DNA of 40,169 nucleotides from Candidatus Sumerlaeia bacterium (GTDB lineage Bacteria > Sumerlaeota > Sumerlaeia > SLMS01). The notes under the pieces are model-generated. The model did no database searches, had not been told where the DNA came from, and was given only the letters and a program-made list of their open reading frames with translations. The stretch is from NCBI GenBank assembly GCA_038208905.1, contig JBBQYG010000015.1, forward strand, positions 1 through 40,169, given 5' to 3'. Positions 1 through 9,035 of the stretch are shown piece after piece (position 1 is the stretch's first letter; each line of letters begins with the position of its first letter). The position numbers and the translations under genes are program-made.

Positions 1-7
1 CCATGTC

Positions 8-802
8 TTAGCGCACGCCCCCGAATCGCCGGTCGCGGGCCTGGTACTGGATCAGCGCCCGCAGGAAATCGGGCCGCCGGAAGTCCGGCCACAGCGTGTC
101 CAGGATCACAAACTCCGCGTAGGCGATCTGCCAGAGGAGAAAATTGGAGACGCGCATCTCGCCCGAGGTGCGGATGAGGAGGTCGGGGTCGCCCAACTCC
201 GGGTGATCCAGGAGGCGGGAGAATATCTCGGGGGTAAGCTCCTCGGGCGAAAGCTCGCCTTGCTGGGCCATCTCCATCGCGCGGCGGACGGCGCGGGCGA
301 TTTCGGCGCGAGAGCCATAGCTCAGCGCGAGGTTCAGCGTCAGCCCCGTGTTTCCCGCCGTGCGCTCGATGGTCGCGTCCAACGTCTTGCGCGTCTTCAC
401 GCGCAGGTCGCCAAGCTCGCCGCTCGCAACCAGACGCACGTTGTTCTCCATCAACTCGGGGACCTCATCGATAAGGAAGCGGTCGAGAAGGTCCATCAGC
501 GCGCTTACCTCGGCGGCGGGCCGGACCCAGTTCTCCTTGCTGAAGGCGTAGAGCGTGAGCGCGTGGAGCCTGAGCGCGGCGGCCGTGCGGGTGGCCTCGC
601 GGACGGAGTCGATCCCCGCGCGGTGGCCAAAGATCCGCGCCGTGTAGCCGCGCGTCTTGGCCCAGCGCCCGTTGCCATCCATGATGACCGCCACGTGGCG
701 GGGAAGGCGCGCCGGGTCGAGCTGATTGAACAGCTCCTCCTCCGCCGCCGTGTGGGGCTCGCGCAGCATCGGCTGAAGGTTTTTCTGGTGGGAGACGGAC
801 AT
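8..802 (-). CDS. uppS: Undecaprenyl/polyprenyl diphosphate synthase (cis-prenyltransferase)
   Basis: Motifs HVAVIMDGNGRWA, LYAFSKENW, LALSYGSR, DLLIRTSGEMRVSNFLLWQ, RRFGG. Start taken at ATG 802; 769 is an alternative. Confidence 0.95.
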   Translation of the reverse strand: MSVSHQKNLQPMLREPHTAAEEELFNQLDPARLPRHVAVIMDGNGRWAKTRGYTARIFGHRAGIDSVREATRTAAALRLHALTLYAFSKENWVRPAAEVSALMDLLDRFLIDEVPELMENNVRLVASGELGDLRVKTRKTLDATIERTAGNTGLTLNLALSYGSRAEIARAVRRAMEMAQQGELSPEELTPEIFSRLLDHPELGDPDLLIRTSGEMRVSNFLLWQIAYAEFVILDTLWPDFRRPDFLRALIQYQARDRRFGGVR

Positions 803-909
803 GGGAGGTCGCGCAACGGCGGGCATTTGGCCCGGAACCGGGCCGGAACAGGCATTCTCGCCCGGCGCGGGGGAGCGGCAAGGCAAAGGTGGGGCGGGGT
901 CAGCCCGGC

Positions 910-1443
910 CCCCAATCCTTCACCCCGCCGCCCGCCCGGGCTCCAACGCCACTTTGCGCCGTGGGGCCTGGGCCTGGATTTTGGGTGGGTATGTTTTCGC
1001 CTTCCGCTGCGCAAGCGGCCTTGGATTGCGGTGGGGCTGGGAAGGGGGCCTTTGTGGTGGGGTCGGAGAGGTGTTTGGGGGTTGCGGGCGGGCGGGGCGG
1101 ACAGCCTCGGTGGCCACCGTGCCCTGGGCTCCGGTGAGCATGCCGGCCAGCGCGGCGGTGGCGATCTGCGGCAGGCGGTAGCCCCGGCGGTGGGGCAGGC
1201 GCTTCTCCAGCAGGGCGCGCAGGCCCAGGCGCCCGAACACGCGCGCGGCCACCGCCAACCCCCCGAAACTCGTCACCGACTCGCCCGGCGCAAAGTCCAG
1301 CTTGATCGCCTTCGCCGAATGCTGCTGATTCTTGGTCGCCTTCTGCGCGCCTCCTCGGTTGTCTTGCGTCGTTGCAAACACAAGAAAACACAAGGGCGCG
1401 CAGATGAGCTTCTACTTTTTAGGGGATTTCTGAAGGATTAGGG
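910..1443 (-). mobile_element. Internally deleted IS / MITE-like element (IS1380-like, tentative)
   Basis: Terminal inverted repeats CCCCAATCCTTCA (910-922) and TGAAGGATTAGGG (1431-1443) match 12/13. Flanked by the 8-bp direct repeat AGCCCGGC (902-909, 1444-1451). Contains a transposase-like N-terminal fragment. Confidence 0.85.
1097..1393 (-). pseudogene. Truncated transposase N-terminus
   Basis: IKLDFAPGESVTSFGGLAVAARVFGRLGLRALLEKRLP...LAGMLTGA resembles the IS1380-type N-terminus (TS.GGL). Similarity ends abruptly and there is no DDE core. Boundaries approximate. Confidence 0.6.
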
Positions 1444-2662
1444 AGCCCGGCGCTGGCGGGAGGGGCACCGCGATCCCCCTCAGCGCCGCCAGCCGCTCGA
1501 TCGTCTCGCCGATGGCGCGGTTGGGGGTACTGGCCCCGGCGGTTAGGCCGATGGTGGCGGGGCCGGGGGGTAGCCAGTCGTGGGTGAGGGTGGTCTGCCG
1601 GCTGTGGGCCGGCTGGTGGCGAATCTCGCCGAGGGAAAGAATCTCCGCCGCGTCGCTGATGTGGAACGCGGGCATCCGGCCCGTGGCGATTTCCAGCAGG
1701 TGCCCCGTGTTGCTGGAGTTGTAGCCGCCGATGATCAGAATCATGTCGAGCTCGCCGGATTCCACCAGTTCCACGATGGCGTCCTGACGCTCCTGGGTGG
1801 CGCTGCAGATGGTGTCGAAGCTGCGAAAGTGCGCGTCGATGTTCTCCGCGCCCCACCGCGTCACCATCGCGCTCCGGACCATCGCCGCGATCTCAAGCGA
1901 CTCGCTGGCGAGCATCGTGGTCTGGTTGGCGACGCCCACGCGCCCCAGATCGCGCGCGGGATCGAAGCCCTTGCTGAAGGCGAGGGGGCCCAGCGCCAGT
2001 GCGGCCTGCGGCGGCAACTCGCCCGCGATCACACGGCAAATCAGCTCCGCCTGCGCCTTGTCCAGCACCACCACGGTGTGGCCGCCGAACTTCTGGGCCT
2101 GGCTGACGGTGGCGAGTGTTTCCGCGTGCAGCGCCTTGCCGTGAACCAGCGCCGTATATCCATCCTTGGCATACTTCTCCACCCGCTTCCACACGTGCAC
2201 CACCGAGCCACAGGTGGTATCGACCAACACGCAGCCCGTCGCGCGGAGTTGCTCCAGATACTCCGCCGGAACGCCGAAGGCGGGCATCATCACCACGTCG
2301 CCCGCGGCGATGTCGGCAAAGCCCGCCTCGCCCTTGAGCGCGCCGGAAAGGAACTCGATCCCCATCTCGCGAAGCCGCTGGTTCACGGTGGGGTTGTGGA
2401 TAATCTCGTAAGTGAGGAACAGGCGCCGGTCGGGGAACTTGGCCCGCGCCTCATAGGCCATGTCCACGGCCTTGTCCACGCCATAGCAGAAGCCGAACTC
2501 CTTCGCGAGGCGGAAGGAGAGCCCATCCAGCTCCAGCCGGTTGCCGTTGGCGCGCATCCAATCGACGATGTGGCTGTGGTAGTCCCGCGCGACCGCAGGG
2601 GCGATTTCGGCCTTCATGCCGAGGCTGGACCGGAAGTAATTTTGGGAAACTGAGGGTGCCAT
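1412..2662 (-). CDS. ispH: 4-hydroxy-3-methylbut-2-enyl diphosphate reductase (long cyanobacterial/plant-like type)
   Basis: FGFCYGV, EIIHNP, VDTTC, NQTTM, DTICSATQERQDA, IGGYNSSNT and GASTP motifs, with three Fe-S cysteines. The last 10 residues come from the IS end. Confidence 0.95.
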   Translation of the reverse strand: MAPSVSQNYFRSSLGMKAEIAPAVARDYHSHIVDWMRANGNRLELDGLSFRLAKEFGFCYGVDKAVDMAYEARAKFPDRRLFLTYEIIHNPTVNQRLREMGIEFLSGALKGEAGFADIAAGDVVMMPAFGVPAEYLEQLRATGCVLVDTTCGSVVHVWKRVEKYAKDGYTALVHGKALHAETLATVSQAQKFGGHTVVVLDKAQAELICRVIAGELPPQAALALGPLAFSKGFDPARDLGRVGVANQTTMLASESLEIAAMVRSAMVTRWGAENIDAHFRSFDTICSATQERQDAIVELVESGELDMILIIGGYNSSNTGHLLEIATGRMPAFHISDAAEILSLGEIRHQPAHSRQTTLTHDWLPPGPATIGLTAGASTPNRAIGETIERLAALRGIAVPLPPAPGSLILQKSPKK

Positions 2663-2840
2663 GCGCGCTCCGGGAGGCTGGAAACAGGGGGCTTTCGACG
2701 CCCTTGGGCAATTGCGGCCTTGCGGCGGCGTGCTGACAATCGCTTTTTGGGGTTGCGTCGAAGGTTCCCGCCCTTCATTCTGTCCCCGCAGGTCCGAGCA
2801 GGAAATCAGGATACCCCACCGGAAAAACAGGAGATTCCCC

Positions 2841-3536
2841 GTGCAAGCTGCAGCCATCCGAAAAGGCTTCACCCTCATCGAACTACTGATCGTCGTCGCG
2901 ATCATCGCCATCCTCGCGGCAATCGCCGTGCCGAACTTCTTGGAGGCGCAGACGCGCGCGAAGGTGAGCCGCTGCAAGAGCGACATGCGCACCCTTGCCC
3001 TCGCGATCGAGGCATACAACCTCGACAATAATATGCCCCCCAGTTCTGCAGGCAACGGCTCCGGCGGAGTTTTCCGCCCCTACGCCGTGCCCCCACGCAC
3101 CGTATTCAATCCGACATCGAATCTGACGATCGGATTTGACGTGACGACGCCGATTGCCTATTTGACCGGAATTTCGTCCTTGCGCGACCCCTTCAAGGAA
3201 GACCGCGCCGGCGTCTCGGACATTACGGGGCGCGTCTATTACGGATTCATCAACTACCAGTGGCTTGAGAAGTTGAACGGCAACACGGCATTGCCACTCG
3301 TCACAATCAGCAAGCCCTTCCATGGCCAGTGGGTTCTCTATGGCTGCGGTCCCGATAAGGCCACCTCCAACATCGCGGGAAGCAAGGTGGACTACTCCTC
3401 GATCGCTAATGTCCCTGGCGGCGGCGACGACCTCCCCCTTCGCGTAAGCTATGACCCCAGCAACGGCACCCTCTCCCACGGCGACATCATCCGCAGCCAG
3501 AAGCACTCGGAACTGACTCCGCAGTTCCCGATCTAA
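2841..3536 (+). CDS. Prepilin-type N-terminal cleavage/methylation protein (type IV pilin / pseudopilin-like)
   Basis: K-G|FTLIELLIVVAIIAILAAIAVPNF class III signal. GTG start with AGGAG RBS. C-terminal YDPSNGTLSHGDI. Confidence 0.9.
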   Translation: MQAAAIRKGFTLIELLIVVAIIAILAAIAVPNFLEAQTRAKVSRCKSDMRTLALAIEAYNLDNNMPPSSAGNGSGGVFRPYAVPPRTVFNPTSNLTIGFDVTTPIAYLTGISSLRDPFKEDRAGVSDITGRVYYGFINYQWLEKLNGNTALPLVTISKPFHGQWVLYGCGPDKATSNIAGSKVDYSSIANVPGGGDDLPLRVSYDPSNGTLSHGDIIRSQKHSELTPQFPI

Positions 3537-3575
3537 GTCCAAACCTCCAAAGTTGGCTACGGCGCGAATGCCAAA

Positions 3576-3602
3576 GACCCCCCGGATCACCTCCGGGGGG
3601 CC
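3576..3602. terminator. GC-rich hairpin between convergent genes
   Basis: CCCCCCGGA-tcacc-TCCGGGGGG stem-loop between the pilin stop (3536) and the small ORF stop (3639). Confidence 0.6.
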
Positions 3603-3638
3603 TTCATATTGCAATCTCCGCGCACCAAGCAGGGCGCC

Positions 3639-3863
3639 CTACATGAACGCGTTCTCGCGCTTATCCTGATACACCGCGCGCGCCTCCGCCTCGTTCTTGG
3701 CGTCAATCTCGGCGACGGGTTCGGGGTCGAGGAGCGGGTTGCTGCGCGGGACGACAATGCCCATTTTGATATGGATCTCGGGGATCAGGATGAAGGGCTT
3801 GGCGGCCCCTTCCTCGTCGGTGAGTGAAGCGGTTCGTTGTTCGAAGACAAGGTAGCGAGTCAT
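3639..3863 (-). CDS. Small hypothetical protein (74 aa)
   Basis: ATG preceded by AAGGAGG RBS. Protein-like composition MTRYLVFEQ...ENAFM. Confidence 0.7.
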   Translation of the reverse strand: MTRYLVFEQRTASLTDEEGAAKPFILIPEIHIKMGIVVPRSNPLLDPEPVAEIDAKNEAEARAVYQDKRENAFM

Positions 3864-3915
3864 TGGAGAGCCTCCTTCTGCCTTCGTATTATCGCGATAT
3901 GACGATGGATAGCAA

Positions 3916-4096
3916 GAGGGAAAGGCGAACGGCAGGGAACGACGGAAAAGGCGGGAACGGCGGGTTGGAAGGAGGGAACCGGGCGGGCAGAGCGATCTGC
4001 CCACAAAAAAAATCTCCTTTCACGCCTTTCCCATCGTTCCCGCTGTTTCCTCTTTTCCCGCCTTTCCCGTTTTTTCCGTCGTTCCCGTCGTTCCCC
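3916..4096. repeat. Inverted array of degenerate 9-bp repeats (CGGGAA[A/C]RR), copy 1
   Basis: About 5 purine-rich units (3916-3965), a spacer, then 9 complementary units such as CCTTTCCCG and TCGTTCCCG (4016-4096). Confidence 0.8.
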
Positions 4097-4100
4097 TCCC

Positions 4101-5132
4101 CTAGCCTACCTCAACAACCACCTTCATCACTTGCTCGTTCATGCTGCGCATGAGGCGGTGGGCTTCGGCGATTTCGGCGAGGGGGAAGCGGTGAGTGACG
4201 ATGCGTTCGATGCCGTCGAGGCGTCCGGAGCGGAGGAGGTCGGTGGCGCGGCCCAGGGCGTTGTGGGGGCGGCGGACGAATTGGATGGTGAGTTCCTTCT
4301 GGCGGGCGTCGTTGGCGCCGAAGAGCACGCGGTTGTCGGCGGGGATGCCCCCGAGCAGGACGCGCCCGCCGGCGCGGGCGAGGGAGACGGCCTGGCGGGA
4401 GGCCTCGCTGGCGTTGCTGACGTCGATGACGACATCGGCTCCGCCGAGGGGCCATCCGCGGATTGCTTCCTCGGCGTGGGCGGGCTCCATCGCGATCGTG
4501 GCGCCGTGTTCCAGAGCGGCTTCGCGGCGATAGGCGAGGGGGTCGATGGCGAGGATCTCCCCGGCGCCGCTGGCGCGGAGAACCTGAATGAGGAGCAATC
4601 CCAGGCTGCCGCAGCCGAGCACCACCGCGGAGCCCATGACGGGGAGCGTGGCGTGATCGACGATGTGGATGGCGAGGCTGAGGGGGACGAGCATGACCGC
4701 CTGCTCGTCGGGAATGGAGTCGGGAACGACGACGCACTGGGAGGCGGGCCATGCGAAGCGCTCCTGCAAGGCGCCGTGAACGGGCGGGCGCCCCAGCATG
4801 CGGGAGTTGGGGCACAGGTGGGCGGCGCCGCGGCGGCACCACTCGCAATGGAGGCAGGGCGACACGGGGTCGGCGACGACGCGGGCGCCCTCGAACCGGG
4901 CATCGACGCCGCGCCCGACGGAGGCGACGCGGGCGACGAACTCCGACCCGGGAATGTGGGGTTGGCGGAACCCGTTGGCGAGGGGGGCGCCCTTGCGAAA
5001 GCGCAAGGCGTCCACGCCCGTCAGGCCGACAAGGCGCGGGGCGAGCAACAGCTCGAACGGCTCGGCCTCGCGGCGGGCGGGGACGTCCTTGACTTCGATG
5101 CGCTCGGGATTGGTGAGTTGGACGACTTTCAT
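4101..5132 (-). CDS. Medium-chain dehydrogenase/reductase (sorbitol/threonine dehydrogenase-like) with degenerate catalytic Zn site
   Basis: Structural Zn motif CLHCEWC...HLC, Rossmann GCGSLG and IVTHRFPL are present. Catalytic GICGSD / GHE / EP appear as GLTGVD / GSE / VP. Confidence 0.85.
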   Translation of the reverse strand: MKVVQLTNPERIEVKDVPARREAEPFELLLAPRLVGLTGVDALRFRKGAPLANGFRQPHIPGSEFVARVASVGRGVDARFEGARVVADPVSPCLHCEWCRRGAAHLCPNSRMLGRPPVHGALQERFAWPASQCVVVPDSIPDEQAVMLVPLSLAIHIVDHATLPVMGSAVVLGCGSLGLLLIQVLRASGAGEILAIDPLAYRREAALEHGATIAMEPAHAEEAIRGWPLGGADVVIDVSNASEASRQAVSLARAGGRVLLGGIPADNRVLFGANDARQKELTIQFVRRPHNALGRATDLLRSGRLDGIERIVTHRFPLAEIAEAHRLMRSMNEQVMKVVVEVG

Positions 5133-5169
5133 GGGTAGAGGGGACGGGAGGCCTGGCCGGAGGGCAAGA

Positions 5170-7596
5170 TCACTTGCGCGGGGCGGGGTCGCCGCCGCTG
5201 GGCGGGATCATTTCGGGAATGGCGGCGGTGGAGGGAATGGGCGTGATGCCCTCGGCGCTGCGGTCCTCGCGCATGGGTACCTTCTCGCGGCTTTCGCGGC
5301 TGCGGCGTTCCGCGGCGGGGAGGGCGCGGCCCGCCGCGCCCACCTTCTTGGGATAGTCGATGCGCGTGTGGAAGCGCGACTTGAGCACGCGGACGAAGAC
5401 CTCGCGGATGACGTTGAGGTCGCGGAGCGTCAGGTTGCATTCGTCGAACTGGCCGTCGTTGAACTTCTCGGTAATGGTGTCGCGGACGACTTTCTGGATG
5501 TCCTCCTCGCGGACGGCGCGGCTGGAGAGCTTGGCGGTGGCGGTCGCCTCCACGGTATCGGCCAGCATCACGATGCCGGCCTCGATGGTCTGGGGCTTGG
5601 GGCCGGGATAGCGGTAGTCCTCCTCGCGGACGGGTTCCTTGATTTCGCCGCGGGCCTGGCCCTTCTGGGCCTTGTCATAGAAGTAGTAGATCAGGCTGGT
5701 GCCGTGGTGCTGCTCGATGAAGTCGATGATGCGCTGGGGCAGGCCGGCGGCGCGGGCCATTTCGGCGCCTTCCTTGACGTGGTTCTTGATGATGAGGGTG
5801 CTGATCTGCGGGCGCTTGTCGGCGTGCAGCATCTTGTCCTCGTTGGTGATCTGGTTCTCGGTGAAGTACTCGGGGCGCTTGGTCTTGCCGATGTCGTGGA
5901 AGTAGCATCCCGCGCGCACGAGGAGGTAGTTCACGCCGATCTCCGTGGCGGCGGCCTCGGCCAGCTTGGTCACGTTGAGGGTGTGCTGCCACGTGCCGGG
6001 GGCGAGTTCCTCCACCTGGCGGATCAGCGGATGGTGCAGGCCCGTGAGTTCCAGGAGCTGCATGTCGGTCACGATTCCAAACCGCTCGAAGATGGGCATG
6101 ATGGCCAGCACCAGGAAGCCCTGGATCCCCGCAAAGAATCCAAGCCCCGCAAGGCCGAGCGGAATGATCTCGGGATTTCGGATATAGCTGGTGATCAGGA
6201 TGATGGCTGCGCAGACGAGGCCGATGAGGATGGCGGCGACAAAGACCTCCCACCGTTTGCGGATCGTATAGATCGCCGCGACGCCCGTATATCCGCCAAA
6301 GAGGCCGACGATCACGAACTCGTAGTTGAGATTTACCTGCAATCCAAACAGCAGGCACCCCCACGTGACCAGCAGCAGCGCCATGCGCACATCCAGGAGC
6401 AGCACGCCCAGCATCCCGATGGCCCCGGCGGGGAACAGATAGCCGACCTTGGAGACATCGCCGCCCGCGAGCACGATGATGGCGGCCTCCAGCGCGAGGC
6501 CGAGCAGCACGGGAATGGAAATCAGGATCAGGTTGCGGGCGCTGAACTCAAGCTCCCGGCTGAACTTGCGCACATAGAACGCGATGATCAGGAAGACAAT
6601 CAGCGTGAATCCCGCGTGCCCGACCAGGCGCAGCGAGTGGCGCGCCTCCACCGCGCCGCGGTGCGTGGCGAGAAGCTGGACTTCCTCCGCGGTGAGGCCC
6701 GTCGGCCGACGGAGCGCCTCCGCCGGAAGGATGGCCGCCCCCCGAGCGTAGGGCGTCGAAAGGTCGCGCTCGGGATAGCTGCGCAGGGACTCCTCCGTCC
6801 CGATGGTGTCGAGCCGCAGGTTGGGCTGCACGATCGCGGTCAGGAGCTGGCGCGCCACGGTGCGCGCCATCGCCTCGCGGTCGCTCCCAACGAAGGCCTG
6901 TCCCAGCGGGCGCATCAGCGGCGCCCAAGCGGCCCAGTCGGACGGAAGGGGAATCGGCGAACGGACGATCTCCTCGCGGGTGATGTTGTTCCGCTCGGTG
7001 TCGTGGACCTCGGCGAGCCCGTATTCGATGTAGCCCTTGTAGCGCGTATAGTCGCGCGGCGCCACGATCACATTCTCGTCATAGGCGTTGAGCAGGATGG
7101 CGCCGATGGACTGACGGAATCCCGCGTCGCGGAGGATCGACACGAAATCCGCGATGTTGTCCGCCGCCAGGAAGGTCAGCCGGGAATCCACACGGCGAAT
7201 CGCGGCCAGTATCTCCTCCGGGGTTTGCGCGGAGGGGTCGATGGCGTCGGCGGTGGAGTGAAGCTCGTTGAGGGAGCGGATTACCTGATCGCGGCGCGTG
7301 GCATCGTGGATGAACAGCCGCTTGTGGCGCTCCTGGCGCTCGCGCTCCCACTCCTCCGTGTTCTGGCGCGTGGTGAACCGGAAATCGACCTGGGCATTCA
7401 CCTGCCCGGGGGGAACCTCCCCCAGTTTGCCAACCGCAGGCCGAAAGAAATAGAAGGGACTCGTGAGGAAAACCGTCAGCAGATAGACAGCCACCAACAC
7501 CAGCCAGCGCACAGCCCCCCGCCGACGCCCATCCTCGCCCTGATGGGTGCGGTGGATCTTGCGGATTTCCTGCGAGAGGGTCAGACTCCGCGCCAT
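5170..7596 (-). CDS. 7TM-HD (HDIG) family phosphohydrolase, PgpH-like c-di-AMP phosphodiesterase candidate
   Basis: N-terminal TM, large extracytoplasmic region and about 7 TMs, then APGTWQH, FHDIGK, ENQ, HHGT, YPGPKP and MLAD. Lies downstream of phoH as is typical. Confidence 0.88.
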   Translation of the reverse strand: MARSLTLSQEIRKIHRTHQGEDGRRRGAVRWLVLVAVYLLTVFLTSPFYFFRPAVGKLGEVPPGQVNAQVDFRFTTRQNTEEWERERQERHKRLFIHDATRRDQVIRSLNELHSTADAIDPSAQTPEEILAAIRRVDSRLTFLAADNIADFVSILRDAGFRQSIGAILLNAYDENVIVAPRDYTRYKGYIEYGLAEVHDTERNNITREEIVRSPIPLPSDWAAWAPLMRPLGQAFVGSDREAMARTVARQLLTAIVQPNLRLDTIGTEESLRSYPERDLSTPYARGAAILPAEALRRPTGLTAEEVQLLATHRGAVEARHSLRLVGHAGFTLIVFLIIAFYVRKFSRELEFSARNLILISIPVLLGLALEAAIIVLAGGDVSKVGYLFPAGAIGMLGVLLLDVRMALLLVTWGCLLFGLQVNLNYEFVIVGLFGGYTGVAAIYTIRKRWEVFVAAILIGLVCAAIILITSYIRNPEIIPLGLAGLGFFAGIQGFLVLAIMPIFERFGIVTDMQLLELTGLHHPLIRQVEELAPGTWQHTLNVTKLAEAAATEIGVNYLLVRAGCYFHDIGKTKRPEYFTENQITNEDKMLHADKRPQISTLIIKNHVKEGAEMARAAGLPQRIIDFIEQHHGTSLIYYFYDKAQKGQARGEIKEPVREEDYRYPGPKPQTIEAGIVMLADTVEATATAKLSSRAVREEDIQKVVRDTITEKFNDGQFDECNLTLRDLNVIREVFVRVLKSRFHTRIDYPKKVGAAGRALPAAERRSRESREKVPMREDRSAEGITPIPSTAAIPEMIPPSGGDPAPRK

Positions 7597-7746
7597 TCAG
7601 CGGCGTCCTTTTCGGAAAGAATCCATGCCGACCAGCGGTTGACGGGACGAATCTTCGGCAGAGGAGCCACCAAGCCAACCGAAGATTGGAGCAGGTTGGG
7701 CTTTAAGGGACCGCAGAGACCAAAGCGACGAGCCGAGCCGACCGCA

Positions 7747-7791
7747 TTTCATCCCTCATCCCTCCGACCTCGTCCCTCCCTTTCATCCCTT
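7747..7791. repeat. Short TCATCCC heptamer tandem repeat
   Basis: TTTCATCCCTCATCCCTCCGACCTCGTCCCTCCCTTTCATCCCT at the phoH stop. The same motif occurs inverted at 16693-16717. Confidence 0.45.
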
Positions 7792-8802
7792 CCTGTCGTC
7801 TCCGCCGAATTTCTCGTAGGCTTGCACGATCTTCATCACCAGCTCGTGGCGGACGACGTCCTGTTCGTTGAAGAAGACGAAACCGATGTCGTCGATCCCC
7901 TTGAGGACCTGCTGCACCTGGACGAGGCCGGAGACGCTGCGGCTGGGGAGGTCGATCTGGGTGACGTCGCCGGTGATGACGGCCTTGGACTCGAAGCCAA
8001 GGCGGGTGAGGAACATCTTCATTTGCTCGGGGGTGGTGTTCTGCCCCTCGTCCAGAATCACGAAGGCGTTGTTGAGCGTGCGCCCGCGCATGAAGGCGAG
8101 CGGGGCGATCTCGATCACGCCGGTGTCGAGGGCGTGGCGGATCTTCTCGGACTCCATCATCTCATAGAGGGCATCGTAGAGCGGGCGGACGAAGGGGTCC
8201 ATCTTCTCCTTCAGGTCGCCGGGGAGGAAGCCAAGCTTCTCCCCCGCCTCGACCGCCGGGCGGCACAGGACGATGCGGCTGACGCGGCCCGCGATCAGGT
8301 GGCTGACGGCCATGGCGACGGCGAGGTAGGTCTTGCCGGTTCCCGCGGGGCCGATGCCAAAGACGATGTCCTTGCGGCGGATCTCGTCGATGTAGGCCTT
8401 CTGTCCGGCGGTGATGGGAGAAAGGCGGCGGCGCTTGAGGGGGAGCGGGATGCCGTCGAGGAAGATTTCGGAGAGGGGGCGGTCGTAGTTGCGGGGGTCC
8501 TCGTCAACGCGCGGGGAGTCGGCGGGGCCCTTGGCCTTGAGCGATGCCTGGCGGACGACTTGGCGGAACTCCTGCTTGTTGAAGCCGCCACCGCGGCGCT
8601 GCATGTCCAGAATCTCCAGAATCATCCCGTGGGCGCGGGCGACGTCCTCGGTGGCGCCGATGATCTTGAGCGTGTCGCCGCGCAGTACCATGCGGGCGTT
8701 GGTGATCTTCTCGAGTTCGGTGAGTTTCGCTTCGTTCTGGCGGGAGAAGTCCAGGGCTTCCTGCTTCTCGAGTTGGACAACCTGCTCGGCGGTGTCGCTC
8801 AA
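7783..8802 (-). CDS. phoH: PhoH family ATPase (YbeZ-like)
   Basis: GPAGTGKTYLA, RPAVEAGEKLGFLPGD, APLAFMRGRTL, GDVTQIDLP, DVVRH. TTG start is inferred. Confidence 0.93.
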   Translation of the reverse strand: MSDTAEQVVQLEKQEALDFSRQNEAKLTELEKITNARMVLRGDTLKIIGATEDVARAHGMILEILDMQRRGGGFNKQEFRQVVRQASLKAKGPADSPRVDEDPRNYDRPLSEIFLDGIPLPLKRRRLSPITAGQKAYIDEIRRKDIVFGIGPAGTGKTYLAVAMAVSHLIAGRVSRIVLCRPAVEAGEKLGFLPGDLKEKMDPFVRPLYDALYEMMESEKIRHALDTGVIEIAPLAFMRGRTLNNAFVILDEGQNTTPEQMKMFLTRLGFESKAVITGDVTQIDLPSRSVSGLVQVQQVLKGIDDIGFVFFNEQDVVRHELVMKIVQAYEKFGGDDRKG

Positions 8803-9035
8803 ATTCCGCGGTTCTCTTGGATAGTGGGATCGAACGGCATTGGGGCACTGATTGGAACGCTGTTCCCCGCCGCCGGGGCTGTCAACCCGAAGGGGCGCGA
8901 ATGGTGAACGCCGCACAATTGCCTTGGATTCCGGTCTTGACCGTTTGCGAACGGGCGGGCACCTTGGGGCAGCTGTGCGGCGTTCGGCGGGGGATCGAAT
9001 TCTTCCGGCTAGGAAACAAACCGGGGAGAGATGGA

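Noticed and set aside
2-4. ATG on the minus strand just after the uppS stop, possibly the start of cdsA
   Set aside because: Only one codon is inside the window, so the call cannot be supported.
3985-4012. GGGCAGA-gcga-TCTGCCC hairpin plus A-run as an intrinsic terminator
   Set aside because: On neither strand does a U-tract follow the stem, so it is treated as the spacer of the repeat element.
4798-8907. 1369-aa plus-strand ORF, and similar long antisense ORFs at 14698-16137, 35501-37522 and 203-1441
   Set aside because: These are antisense shadows of well-supported genes, expected from high-GC codon bias. They show no motifs.
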